Source: a virus
IMG/VR virus record: IMGVR_UViG_3300037475_000122
Coordinates: 1-64,000 of that record
Direction: 5' to 3' (one strand)
Length of the DNA: 64,000 nucleotides
Part shown: piece by piece, positions 7,224 to 17,123 of the stretch
Numbering within the stretch: the first letter of the stretch is position 1
Layout: every line of letters begins with the position of its first letter
Notes under the pieces: generated by a model
What the model saw: only the letters and a program-made list of their open reading frames with translations
Told to the model about the DNA's origin: nothing
Database searches by the model: none
Program-made: the position numbers and the translations under genes

Positions 7224-9127
7224 TGCTTGCTGACGGCCCACAAAAAACTCTCGTCGGCCTCGTCGCCGTCAAACTTCACGCGGGGGAATATCAAGCAGCG
7301 GCGCAACTCGTGGCGGACTGGCACACGGGCCTTACGGGAATGGTCGCGCCCGTCAACACCAAAGCGGAGCAGGACACAATCCTGACGCTGCTTCTTCGGT
7401 GGTGCCTCGAAAATGACGGCTACGAAGAGGCGGCTCAAATGCTTTGGGGCTCGACGCTCTTCGACCCTCGGCCGGAATCTTCGCAACGAGTCTGGCGCGC
7501 ATTCGAGACGCAGGATTTGATTTTGCTGATGGGCGCGGGCTCCATGTCGAAGTCTTACTCGATGGGCGTTCGACTCTTCCTCGAATGGCTTCGCGACCCG
7601 GAATACACAACCGTCCGACTCGTCGGCCCCTCCGAGAAGCATCTTGAGGACAACCTTTTTTCTCACATCGTCACGCTGCATCAGCAAAGCACGATTCCGC
7701 TGCCCGGAGTAGTGGGCAAACTCTTCATCGGTCTCGACCCGCGCAACCGGAAGTCGTCCATCTCCGGCGTGGTGATTCCCCTCGGTCAGAAGAAGGCCGC
7801 GAAGTTGCAGGGGACAAAACGTATTCAGCGCAAGGTGGAGCATCCGAAGTTCGGCCCAACGAGCCGGATGTTTATTTTCCTCGACGAAATCGCGAACATC
7901 CCCAAAGGCATTTGGCGCGACATCGACAACTTGATGACCGGCATGGGAAGCATCAAGGGTCGGCAAAAAATCATGGGGGCGTTCAACCCCACCGAGCAGC
8001 AAGACGAGGTCGGCGTGCGATGCGAGCCCAAAGACGGCTGGCAGATGTTCGACGCGGACACAGATTTCGAGTGGGTGTCGGCGCGCGGTTGGTTCGTCGT
8101 CCGGCTCGACGCGACGCGCTGCGAAAACGTCCTTCAGAAAAAAGAAGTTTACCCCGGCCTGCAAACGTTCGAGGGCTTGGAAATGTTGGCCCGCAACTCG
8201 GGCGGCATGGACTCGCCGGGCTTCTGGTCGATGGGTCGCGGTTGCTTCCCGCCCACTGGCACGCCGATGTCTGTCATCCCGGCCGGGCTCCTGCTCGACA
8301 TCCGCGCCGAGGTCATTTGGTATGAGCGCCCGGAACCAGTCGGCGGCGTGGACCTCGCGTTCGAGGGCGGCGACACAGCGGTTTTTTGCAAGGGCAGCTT
8401 CGGGCTTGCGTCCGGAATCAAGCTGATGCCGTCGCTCGCGCATCCACTCGGGCGGACCATCATGTTTAAGAATCGCCGGGGCGATGGCGCACCACGATAC
8501 CTCCTCGTTGCCGAGGTCATGATTCCAATGCCGAAGGGCGACACGCTCGTGATGAAGGATGAAGTGCTCCGGCTGGCGCGGCAGTTTTCAATCAAGCCGG
8601 AATACCTCGCCGTGGACAAGACCGGCAACGGGCAAGGCGTCTATGACATGGTCCGCCACGAATATGGCGAAATCGTCGGCGTGAACTACACCGAGGGTTG
8701 CGGCAACCAGCGCATCATGGCGGAGGACCACGCGCCCGCAGACGAGTTGTATGAACGAATCAACTCTGAACTAATGTTTGCAACTCGCAAGTGGATTGAG
8801 TTCGGTTACGCGAAAGTCGCGCCGGGCTTTCCCACCGAGAAAGTTTTTCCTCAGTTGTCCGGTCGTCGCTACAAGTCCAAAGGAAAGAAATCGGCGGTCG
8901 AGCCGAAGCCGGTCTATGCGAGCCGGAATCAAGGCAAGTCCCCCGACGAGGCCGACGGATTCACGCTCATGGTCCACGCCGCGCGCAAGGGCTCTGGGTT
9001 TATCCCCGGGATGGCGCTCGAAAACTCGACGGAGTCGCTGCCGGGGGACGATGAGGATGATGATTTTGGTGGACGAGGCGGAACTCGTATTGACGAGACC
9101 AACCGTTTTGAGGACCTTGATGTATGA
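7223..9127 (+). CDS. terL: Terminase large subunit
   Basis: Walker A-like GAGSMSKS, Walker B FIFLDE, FNP coupling motif, RNase H-like GGVDLA...AVDKTGNG...SPDEADG; ATG overlaps the upstream TAA. Confidence 0.9.
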   Translation: MLADGPQKTLVGLVAVKLHAGEYQAAAQLVADWHTGLTGMVAPVNTKAEQDTILTLLLRWCLENDGYEEAAQMLWGSTLFDPRPESSQRVWRAFETQDLILLMGAGSMSKSYSMGVRLFLEWLRDPEYTTVRLVGPSEKHLEDNLFSHIVTLHQQSTIPLPGVVGKLFIGLDPRNRKSSISGVVIPLGQKKAAKLQGTKRIQRKVEHPKFGPTSRMFIFLDEIANIPKGIWRDIDNLMTGMGSIKGRQKIMGAFNPTEQQDEVGVRCEPKDGWQMFDADTDFEWVSARGWFVVRLDATRCENVLQKKEVYPGLQTFEGLEMLARNSGGMDSPGFWSMGRGCFPPTGTPMSVIPAGLLLDIRAEVIWYERPEPVGGVDLAFEGGDTAVFCKGSFGLASGIKLMPSLAHPLGRTIMFKNRRGDGAPRYLLVAEVMIPMPKGDTLVMKDEVLRLARQFSIKPEYLAVDKTGNGQGVYDMVRHEYGEIVGVNYTEGCGNQRIMAEDHAPADELYERINSELMFATRKWIEFGYAKVAPGFPTEKVFPQLSGRRYKSKGKKSAVEPKPVYASRNQGKSPDEADGFTLMVHAARKGSGFIPGMALENSTESLPGDDEDDDFGGRGGTRIDETNRFEDLDV

Positions 9128-9699
9128 TGGAAGTCAATCGCAATCTGTTCCCGCCGGACGGCTACGTCTTTGTTGAACGTGACGGCTCCCGGCTCCGTGG
9201 TGAAGGCTGGAAAGACCTCGAAGCGCGCATTCGCGGGTATCGAGCAATCAACGGAATGCCGCCCGGGGACCCATGGGCCGAAATTCAGGTCCAAATCTGC
9301 TCCCGGAATCCGTCTTTCTGCCACGAGGAGGGTCCGCCGGTCCCCCCACAAGGTCATCACTCGCTGACTTTCAATCAACGGGTCCTTCAGTGGTTCGTCC
9401 ATGCCATCGGATTGAAGCGCGTGGACCGCCTCGGCCGGGTCGATGACGCGACCGCAGCCGCCCGCGCGGAGATTTGCGCCCGCTGTCCGGCTCAGAAGTC
9501 CCTCAATCACGCGTGCGAGGGGTGCTTGGCGTCCATCAAGGAGTCCCGGAAGGGTCTGCTCAACGGTGCGACGTCGCTCCATCAGAATTTGCAGCCTTGC
9601 GCGGTGCTCGCGGAGGACTGCCAGACGTCGGTCCACGTCGAACAACCCCCGACAGACGTCCCCGGGCTCCCCGGGCACTGTTGGCGGAGGCCCCGATGA
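9124..9699 (+). CDS. Cys-rich hypothetical protein
   Basis: RAEICARCP, CEGC, C..., HCW. Confidence 0.7.
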   Translation: MMEVNRNLFPPDGYVFVERDGSRLRGEGWKDLEARIRGYRAINGMPPGDPWAEIQVQICSRNPSFCHEEGPPVPPQGHHSLTFNQRVLQWFVHAIGLKRVDRLGRVDDATAAARAEICARCPAQKSLNHACEGCLASIKESRKGLLNGATSLHQNLQPCAVLAEDCQTSVHVEQPPTDVPGLPGHCWRRPR

Positions 9700-9929
9700 C
9701 CCCGCTCCGTCCTTTTCTCGCCCTCAAGGCCCTTTTTCGGGTCGTTGGGGCTCTGTTTAAACGCAAGCCGGTCTTCGTGGCCCCCGAGGTGGTCCGAAAA
9801 CGCATGTCCGCGTGCTACATGTGCCCGGATTTCGACTCCGAGGGCGAGCAATGCAAGATTTGCTCGTGTTTCGTTAGATTGAAGGCCGAACTGGCGACGG
9901 AAAAGTGCCCGAAGCATCGTTGGCCTTGA
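9696..9929 (+). CDS. Cys-rich small protein (DUF6171-like)
   Basis: RMSACYMC...QCKICSCFV..K...CPKHRW. Confidence 0.65.
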   Translation: MTPLRPFLALKALFRVVGALFKRKPVFVAPEVVRKRMSACYMCPDFDSEGEQCKICSCFVRLKAELATEKCPKHRWP

Positions 9930-9954
9930 CGGAATGAGTCTTTTCACCAACTTT
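9926..9954 (+). promoter_or_regulatory. Putative late promoter variant for the portal operon
   Basis: TTGAC-N18-AACTTT; the -35 box contains the upstream TGA. Confidence 0.6.
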
Positions 9955-9967
9955 CTTTGATACAGCC

Positions 9968-12133
9968 ATGCCTGACCTTCTCGAAAACGGCCCGCCCCCG
10001 GATACAACCGGGACAATCAATATCCCGGACGTTTCCGCCAAGGGAAAAATCAAACGACGGGCAATTTCGAGTCCCCGACAGGCCCGGAACATCATCACCA
10101 CGTTTGAGGGGGCTTCTCGCGAGCGCAATGTCAAGAACGCGCGCATCATGGCGAAGTATAACAGCGAAAAGCCGTTCACGCAGGCATCGCTGGACAACGA
10201 CGGGCTTGGATGGAAGTCGAATTTCACGACGAAGCCGCTGCCGATGTTGGTGAACAAGGTTGCTCCTCGTTTCGTCAAGGCCGAGCAGTCAATCAAGTAT
10301 CTCGTCAACTCCGCGCTGCCGGACACGACCCCCGGGGCCGCTGAAAAGACCGAAGCCTATCGTCGCGAAATCACGAAGACTTGCCGCGCGTGGGAAGGCT
10401 GGACTGACCTCATCGCGGAAATCTCTCAGGAGAACGCTCTCTTCGGTTACACCTCCGTCGCGTGGCTCGACGAGTTCCACTGGAAGCCCAAGCATTTTCG
10501 ACAGGATGAATTTTTCGTTCCGACCGGCACCAAGCACCTTTCGAGCACGGCCCAAGTCATCACTCTCCGCGAAGTCTTTTTGATTAACGAGTTGTTCGAG
10601 TTGATTGAGGACAACGAAGCCGCGTCGGCCGCTGGCTGGAATGTTCAGAATACGGTCATGGCGATTAACTCCGCGATGCCGCTGAATCGACGCTCGCAGG
10701 CTGGCTTCGGAGAATGGGGCCGAATTCAGGAAGACCTGATTCGCGAATCTTCTGTCGGCCTCTCGCTGGAATCCGGCCCGCTCACCGTCACCGTCTGGCA
10801 CGTCCTCGCGCAGGAAGTCACCGGCAAAGTTTCGCATTACATCCTCACCGAAAACGCCAACGCCCCGGCGGATGCGTTCGATACAACCTCCGACCACAAG
10901 TCGGAAGTTCTTTTCGAGCGTGAAGACCAATTCGACAATATGGCGATGGCGGCGTCATTCTTCTCGTTCGAGCAGGCGAACGGAAAACTCCACGGCTCGA
11001 AAGGAATTGGCCGCGAGATTTACTCGATGGCTGCGATGCTCGACCGCGCCCGCAACGAAGTCGTTGACCGGCTCAACCTCGCGGGCAAGCTCATCATCCA
11101 GTGCGGAGAGAAGCAGGTCAAGAAATTTAAGGCGTCCATCGTCGGCCCCGCGCTACTCATCGGTCAGGAATACAACATCGCCGAGCGGAAAATTGACGGT
11201 GCGGTTGAACCGTTCCTCGAACTCGACCAATTTCTCACGGGTCTCCTCGACCAAATGGCAGGCGCGACGACTCCTAAGTTTTTCGAGGGTGAACGCGTGA
11301 CGAAAGCTCAGGTTGACCTCTATGCCAGCCGCGAGGAAGAATCCAAGGACAACATCATCGGCCGGTTCCTCACCCAGCTGGCTCGCATGATGAAGACCGT
11401 GGCGAAACGCCAATGCGACCCGCACACGGCCGACGAGGACGCGAAGGAAATGCAGAAGCGTTTGCTCGAAATCATGACTCGCGAAGAGTTGAACCTTCTC
11501 TCCGACCAGCCCGTCGCGCAGACCATCGCGGACTACACGGGCGAACAGCGGCAGCGCATCGTCCTCATCGCCCAAGAGGCGCGCGGAAATCCGCTCTACA
11601 ATCAGCGCGAGATGGAGCGCCGGAAACTCGCTTCGCAAATCGACGAGCAGTTCGCGGACGCAGTTCTCTTGCCCGACGAAGACCCGACAGAGTTGGCCGA
11701 GCAGACTCGCCTTCAGCAGATGGAACTCCTCATCCTCGCCGGTCAGGGCTCGCAAGTCCCCATCTCTCCGCGCGACAATCACCTCATCCATCTTCAGACC
11801 TTGCTCCCCGCCATGGAGTCAACCGCGCAGACTGCGGCCGACCCCGACGCGGAGACCGCGCAACACGGCATCGAGATTATGCACGCGATGCTCGACCACG
11901 CGAACCAGCACTTGCAGGCCGCGATTGCCACGGGCACGCCCAAGGAAGCACTCGCCGAAATCACGCCGCTTCTGACCAAGATGAATTCCGCGCTCGAACA
12001 GGCGACGGAGCAATTGAAGCAGCAACAGCAACTCGCCAACGAGCCTGAACAACTTCCCCCCTCGCCGGAGGCCCTTGCAGCCGCCGGTCAGCAACCTCAG
12101 CCAACCCAACCGCCACCAACCCCGGCTCAATGA
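9968..12133 (+). CDS. Portal protein
   Basis: 721 aa, downstream of TerL, helical, DNH..H motif and Q/P-rich tail typical of podovirus portals. Confidence 0.8.
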   Translation: MPDLLENGPPPDTTGTINIPDVSAKGKIKRRAISSPRQARNIITTFEGASRERNVKNARIMAKYNSEKPFTQASLDNDGLGWKSNFTTKPLPMLVNKVAPRFVKAEQSIKYLVNSALPDTTPGAAEKTEAYRREITKTCRAWEGWTDLIAEISQENALFGYTSVAWLDEFHWKPKHFRQDEFFVPTGTKHLSSTAQVITLREVFLINELFELIEDNEAASAAGWNVQNTVMAINSAMPLNRRSQAGFGEWGRIQEDLIRESSVGLSLESGPLTVTVWHVLAQEVTGKVSHYILTENANAPADAFDTTSDHKSEVLFEREDQFDNMAMAASFFSFEQANGKLHGSKGIGREIYSMAAMLDRARNEVVDRLNLAGKLIIQCGEKQVKKFKASIVGPALLIGQEYNIAERKIDGAVEPFLELDQFLTGLLDQMAGATTPKFFEGERVTKAQVDLYASREEESKDNIIGRFLTQLARMMKTVAKRQCDPHTADEDAKEMQKRLLEIMTREELNLLSDQPVAQTIADYTGEQRQRIVLIAQEARGNPLYNQREMERRKLASQIDEQFADAVLLPDEDPTELAEQTRLQQMELLILAGQGSQVPISPRDNHLIHLQTLLPAMESTAQTAADPDAETAQHGIEIMHAMLDHANQHLQAAIATGTPKEALAEITPLLTKMNSALEQATEQLKQQQQLANEPEQLPPSPEALAAAGQQPQPTQPPPTPAQ

Positions 12134-12453
12134 CCTTTTTCAAATCGGAACCTCCCGAATTCACCTCGCTTCATCGAAAAGCCCTTCAAGATTTTCTCGA
12201 ATCTGAAACCGGCCAAATCGCCCTCGCGTGGGTCGCGCACAATGCGCCGCAGCTTCTCGACGGAACCGACGTGAACCGCACGCTCGTTGCGTCCGGCGAG
12301 GTCAAAGGCTTCAACCGATTTTTGACGGAGCTTATCTCGCTGACTTTTGAACAGCCGAAGAAGTCCGAGGCTGCATCCGAAACTTTTCCGGACCTCGACG
12401 ATGATTCCAAGTGGGATAAGTCCGAGACCGAACGTCCCCGCCAACCCAAGTAA
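12130..12453 (+). CDS. Hypothetical head-module protein
   Basis: Between portal and scaffold; FLESETGQ motif. Confidence 0.65.
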   Translation: MTFFKSEPPEFTSLHRKALQDFLESETGQIALAWVAHNAPQLLDGTDVNRTLVASGEVKGFNRFLTELISLTFEQPKKSEAASETFPDLDDDSKWDKSETERPRQPK

Positions 12454-12467
12454 AACCAACCCAACCC

Positions 12468-13823
12468 ATGCCTACTGAAACCGCTCCGAAAACCGAATCC
12501 ACTCCGCCGCCCGACAATCAGGGCCTTCCCGCCGCTGTCCCCGGCGAGGAGTTGCGCGGCAACACCGCCGAAGAGATTCAGACCACCTCATCGGCGCTCG
12601 ACGAACTTTTGAAAGCTTCAGGAGCAACTGAAGAGGGCGAAGGCGACCCGCAGCCGACGGCTGAGGAAATCGCAGCGGAAGAGAAGGCGGCGAAAGAGGC
12701 CGAAGAGAAAGCGGCCAAGGAAGCGGCCGAGAAAGCCGAGAAGGAGAAAGCGGCCCCGGCCCCCGACAAGACCGCCGAGGAAAAGGCGAAGGAAAAGCCC
12801 GCCCCGGTGACCGACGAATTCGACAAGGTCGAACTGCCGCCCTACACGAAGCCCAAATCGGTTGAGGCATTCGCCACGGTGAAGCAAATGGCCCGCGAGC
12901 GCGTCGCCAGCCTCGAACGCGAGAAGGCCGAGATTCAGGCCAAGCTGGAAGCCGCCGAGAAGGCGAAAGCCGAAGCCCCGGCCGGACTCCCCGCCGAGGC
13001 CGAGAAGGAGTTGAAAGAACTCCGCGAGTTCCGCGCGAAATTCGACGTCGAAGCCGACCCGAGTTTCAAAACCTACGACTCTTCCATCAAGGAGAACGAA
13101 GGGCTCATCATCGCCAAGATGAAAGCGGCCGGAGTGGACGAAGAGTCCATTAAGCAGATTCAGGCCATCGGGATTTCGCAGGTGGAATGGGAATCCGTTT
13201 TGCCCAAACTGCCGCCGACGCTGAAGCGGTTCATCGAAGGCAAGCTCTACGAGAACGACAACCTCTCGGAAAAGAAAAAGCTCGCCATCGAGACCGCGAA
13301 GAGCAACGCCTCGGAATTCGTCCGCACCCGGCAGGAGGAACTTTACAAAGGCACCGAAGCCCGGCAGCAAACCACGATGCAGGAGTTCAACGCGCTTTTG
13401 CCGAACATGGACTGGCTGAAGAAAGAGACGATTGACCCGAAGGCCCCGGCGGAAGCCAAGGCGAAAGCCGAAGCGACCAACGCGCTCATCGACAAAGTCA
13501 ACGCGGATTTGCAGGAAGCCATCAACGACGACTCGCCCCGCATGCGCGCGATTCTCATCGGCGGCTTCGCGAAGCTCATGCGCGTTCAAGCGGATTTTGA
13601 AGCGACGAAGGCCGCGCACAAGGCCGAAGTCGAGAAGCTGAACTCCACAATCAAGGAGAAGGACGAGTTCATCGCCCGCATCAAAAAGTCGTCCACGTCC
13701 CGGCTGAGTTCTGCGGCCCCCGGCGTCGGAGAATCCAAGACCAAAACCAAGGTTGATTTGAACGAGGACGGCGCATCGGCTCTTGACCGCTTGCACCGCG
13801 AACTCGTCGCCTCGCAGTCATGA
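12468..13823 (+). CDS. Capsid scaffolding protein (putative)
   Basis: E/K/A-rich coiled coil with acidic, Pro-rich N-terminus, upstream of the capsid gene. Confidence 0.7.
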   Translation: MPTETAPKTESTPPPDNQGLPAAVPGEELRGNTAEEIQTTSSALDELLKASGATEEGEGDPQPTAEEIAAEEKAAKEAEEKAAKEAAEKAEKEKAAPAPDKTAEEKAKEKPAPVTDEFDKVELPPYTKPKSVEAFATVKQMARERVASLEREKAEIQAKLEAAEKAKAEAPAGLPAEAEKELKELREFRAKFDVEADPSFKTYDSSIKENEGLIIAKMKAAGVDEESIKQIQAIGISQVEWESVLPKLPPTLKRFIEGKLYENDNLSEKKKLAIETAKSNASEFVRTRQEELYKGTEARQQTTMQEFNALLPNMDWLKKETIDPKAPAEAKAKAEATNALIDKVNADLQEAINDDSPRMRAILIGGFAKLMRVQADFEATKAAHKAEVEKLNSTIKEKDEFIARIKKSSTSRLSSAAPGVGESKTKTKVDLNEDGASALDRLHRELVASQS

Positions 13824-14659
13824 GCGACCTTGTCCCGGTCCCGGCTGACGCGCTCCGGGAGAATAAGCGCGTCCTCATCGCACTCCCGTGGTATCGAGCG
13901 GCCAACCCGCTCACCACGGTTTCCCTCCTGAATCTTTTTCAGAGGGATTGCATGGGCGCGTCGATTTCTTTTGGTGACGCGTTCATCGTCCATGCCCGCA
14001 ACAAACTCGCGACGAAATTCCTTGGCACGAAGTTTGATTGGATGCTGATGATTGACGACGACATGGTATTGCCTTGCGGCAATGCCGCGTGGTTTAACGA
14101 ATACACCGGCCTCGGCTTGCCGGAGTGGTCCGCCGGTCTCAACACCGTTGAACGGCTCGTCAGCCATGGCAAGACGCTCGTGGGCGCGACCTATTTCGGC
14201 CGCAACCCCGGACGTCCGCCCGTCTTCGCGGAAGGCGTCTCCCGGAACGAAGAACTCATCCGCACTGGCCCGCGCAACGAAATCATCCCGACGAAATGGG
14301 TCGGCACGGGATGCTTGCTCATCCATCGCTCCGTTTTGGTGGACATCGAAAACAAATTCCCACACCTGTCGCGCTCCGAGAACGGAGGGACCGGCCAGTG
14401 GTTCACGTCCTCGGAGCATGACCTTCACCGCGCCGTCGAGCACGTCATGAATCTGCTCGCGGAACCGACGCCGAACCTTCGCGAGGTGAAAGAAGTTTTG
14501 GAGAGTGGCCTTGAGCACTCCCGCGTGCATTCGTCCATGGGCATGGGCGAGGACGTTCAGTTTTGTATCCGTGCAACCCAAGCCGGGCACCAGCCTTTCG
14601 TGGACCTCGGTCTGTGGGATGGTCACATTGGTCCCGCCTGCTTCCCCCTGAAAAAATGA
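13820..14659 (+). CDS. Glycosyltransferase family 2-like protein
   Basis: ARNKL...WMLMIDDDM, VGTGCLLIHRSV, GEDVQFC. Confidence 0.85.
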   Translation: MSDLVPVPADALRENKRVLIALPWYRAANPLTTVSLLNLFQRDCMGASISFGDAFIVHARNKLATKFLGTKFDWMLMIDDDMVLPCGNAAWFNEYTGLGLPEWSAGLNTVERLVSHGKTLVGATYFGRNPGRPPVFAEGVSRNEELIRTGPRNEIIPTKWVGTGCLLIHRSVLVDIENKFPHLSRSENGGTGQWFTSSEHDLHRAVEHVMNLLAEPTPNLREVKEVLESGLEHSRVHSSMGMGEDVQFCIRATQAGHQPFVDLGLWDGHIGPACFPLKK

Positions 14660-15369
14660 AAAAGCTACTCATTGCAATCCAATTCTGGGAACGAGACAAA
14701 GAGCAAGCGATGAAAGTCGCCCGGCTCATCGCGGACCTTCAGCCCGGCTTCTGCGACCTCGCGGACTTCATGTTCGTCGCGCGCTTCGACTGTGAGCAGG
14801 ACATGAAGACCATCGAGCACGTCTCACGGAAGTTCAACGTCCATCATTTCATCAACTCGCGCTTCCGTGGCGCGGAGTGGCCGCACGGCTGCAACTCACT
14901 TTGGTTCGGCACCATGGACTACATTTTTTCCATGACCGAGGCGAAGCGCATTCCGGACTACAAGGCCGTCCTCACTTGCGAGGCGGACTCCGCGCCCCTC
15001 TCGCCCAACTGGATTTCTGAACTCAGTCAGGCGTGGGACAAGGCGAACGTGAAGGTCCTCGGTGCGATGCAGACCAACCCGGCCCCGCACGTCAACGGCA
15101 ACGCACTTTTTAGCTGCGACCTCCCGTTTCTGAAGTGGATTGCCCGGGACATCGCCGGATGCACGCCGCACGCGGGCTGGGATTTCGTTTTGGCAAACGC
15201 CTTCAAGAAAAAAGGTTGGGCGGACTGCCCGGCCATGCGGTCTTGGTGGGGATACCCTACCATGAGCAAGGAAACCTTCGACCAACTCGGCCGCGAGGGG
15301 GTCGTGTTTTTCCACGGTTGCAAGGACGATTCCATGGTCCGGCACGTCCGCGAACGGTTTGTCCCTTGA
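14656..15369 (+). CDS. Putative GT-A fold glycosyltransferase
   Basis: WPHGCN..F, LTCEADSAPL (ExD), HVNGNALF, GWD, FFHGCKD. Confidence 0.6.
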   Translation: MKKLLIAIQFWERDKEQAMKVARLIADLQPGFCDLADFMFVARFDCEQDMKTIEHVSRKFNVHHFINSRFRGAEWPHGCNSLWFGTMDYIFSMTEAKRIPDYKAVLTCEADSAPLSPNWISELSQAWDKANVKVLGAMQTNPAPHVNGNALFSCDLPFLKWIARDIAGCTPHAGWDFVLANAFKKKGWADCPAMRSWWGYPTMSKETFDQLGREGVVFFHGCKDDSMVRHVRERFVP

Positions 15370-15393
15370 CAATTTCGGCGAGGTGTGAACCTT
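15366..15393 (+). promoter_or_regulatory. Putative late promoter for the major capsid gene
   Basis: TTGAC-N17-AACCTT followed by a leader of about 140 nt. Confidence 0.7.
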
Positions 15394-15537
15394 GTCACAG
15401 AGACTAATCCTCCTCCGTCTCGGGAGAAACGGGCCTAAATCGTTTCGTGGCCGGAAACGTGATAGAAGACCTTAAGAGGTCGAACTCGTTTAACCCGGTT
15501 TCAGGATTCACCTGAACCAAAGAAAGATTCCGATTTT

Positions 15538-16809
15538 ATGGCCGACTGTATTGCAGCTTCCGCTCTCTCCGACATCAGCAAGAAAGACACGTCCCGTCTC
15601 GTGGGCACCGTGGCAAAGGCTCTTGCTGCGAATTCCCCCTTCATCAACGTTTTCGAGGGCGGCACCTTCCCCTCCGGCGTGTCCGATGAAATCCGCACCT
15701 CCGTCCAGATGCAGGCGGCTCCCGGCGACTCCCTCGCCCTGCCCACCTTCGTTTGCGACACCGATTTGTGCGGCACCCAAGGCTTGCAGGACCTCACCGA
15801 CTCGATTGATTTCGTGGCCCGCCTCGAATCGAAGCGCGGCAAGGGTCCCCGGGTCTGCGTGAAGAAAGGCTTCGCGAACTACAAATCCAGCTACCTCGCT
15901 GCCGAGGACTCGCTGAAGAAACTGGTGACTCAGTATATCAATGCTGACACCCGGGCGCAGGCTTACCTCCGCTCCGCTTCCAAATTCACGGCCCGCACCG
16001 GCTACGACTTCAACTCGCTGTTCACTGGTGGTAACCCCACCGACATCGGCGTGAAGTTCGCCCCGCTGCTCCCGACCGGCGGAATCTCCTTCAAGGCGCT
16101 CCACTTCCTCGCGCGCTACCTGAAAGAGAACCTTTTCGCTGACATGTTCGAGGCGGCTGGCGAAGGCATGCCTCACTTCCGGTTCATCGGAAGCTCCGAC
16201 GTGGTCAACGCTCTCCGCGAAGAGGCTGGCGTCAAGGACGTGCTGCTCTCCTTCGTCAATGGTTCCTACAAGTTCGGCGAACAGGCTCTCCGGGGCTACT
16301 CGTTCGAGACCGCTGGGGCCTATCGTGGCATCAGCTTCGGCATCGACCAACGCCCTCTGCGTGCGTCCGGCTTCACGGCCGGTGGTTTGCTGAACCTCAT
16401 CGACCCGCTCACCATCGTGACGAACGCGTCGAAAAACACCGCGTATGCGAAAGTCAATCCCGCGTGGTTGACGGCCGACTACGAGGTCGCGTTCCTCTTC
16501 GCTCAGCGCAGCTTCCGCCGGTTGGTTCCGGAACGCTACGTCGGCGAGGGCTCCTTCAAGTTCGCCCCGCAGTTGATGATGGGCGAGTTGAACTGGCACT
16601 ATGTCGAAGACAACGACTGCAACACTTGGGGCGACTTCGGGTGGCACAAGTATCAGATTACTCGCGCCTACCAGCCCGAGCGACCTGAGTTCGTCGTTCC
16701 GATTCTCGTGAAACGCTGCCCCGGTGACCTCGGCCTCGTCGCTTGCGACCCTGCCAGCCCGTCCAGCTACACGGGCGCTGACACTTACACCACTGTTGGG
16801 GTCTGCTAA
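15538..16809 (+). CDS. Major capsid protein
   Basis: 423 aa, strong codon bias, own promoter and terminator, located after the scaffold. Confidence 0.8.
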   Translation: MADCIAASALSDISKKDTSRLVGTVAKALAANSPFINVFEGGTFPSGVSDEIRTSVQMQAAPGDSLALPTFVCDTDLCGTQGLQDLTDSIDFVARLESKRGKGPRVCVKKGFANYKSSYLAAEDSLKKLVTQYINADTRAQAYLRSASKFTARTGYDFNSLFTGGNPTDIGVKFAPLLPTGGISFKALHFLARYLKENLFADMFEAAGEGMPHFRFIGSSDVVNALREEAGVKDVLLSFVNGSYKFGEQALRGYSFETAGAYRGISFGIDQRPLRASGFTAGGLLNLIDPLTIVTNASKNTAYAKVNPAWLTADYEVAFLFAQRSFRRLVPERYVGEGSFKFAPQLMMGELNWHYVEDNDCNTWGDFGWHKYQITRAYQPERPEFVVPILVKRCPGDLGLVACDPASPSSYTGADTYTTVGVC

Positions 16810-16832
16810 GGGTTGGTCGGCCCTGACTTCAG

Positions 16833-16869
16833 AGCCGGGCTTGGACCGCAAATCCAAGCCCGGTTTTTT
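16833..16869 (+). terminator. Rho-independent terminator
   Basis: GCCGGGCTTGGA-ccgcaaa-TCCAAGCCCGGT followed by a T tract. Confidence 0.85.
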
Positions 16870-16877
16870 CTTAAACC

Positions 16878-17123
16878 ATGAAAGAACAACTGAAAGTTTA
16901 CTCGGCCGCGCTTCTCGGCTTCGGCGCTCCGGCGACGAATTGGTTTGTCGAAGTCGCGGAACCACTCTTGAAACTTCTTCTCCTCGTCGGCCAAATCGGT
17001 GTCGCCACTGCAACCATTTTTTACATCGTGGCGAAGTGGCGCAAGGTCCAGAGCGAACGCGCCGACCAACAGAAGCGGAACGACCGGCTCGACCGCATCG
17101 ACCGCCTCGAAAACGAAGACTGA
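16878..17123 (+). CDS. Putative holin
   Basis: 81 aa, hydrophobic segments and a highly charged C-terminus. Confidence 0.55.
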   Translation: MKEQLKVYSAALLGFGAPATNWFVEVAEPLLKLLLLVGQIGVATATIFYIVAKWRKVQSERADQQKRNDRLDRIDRLENED

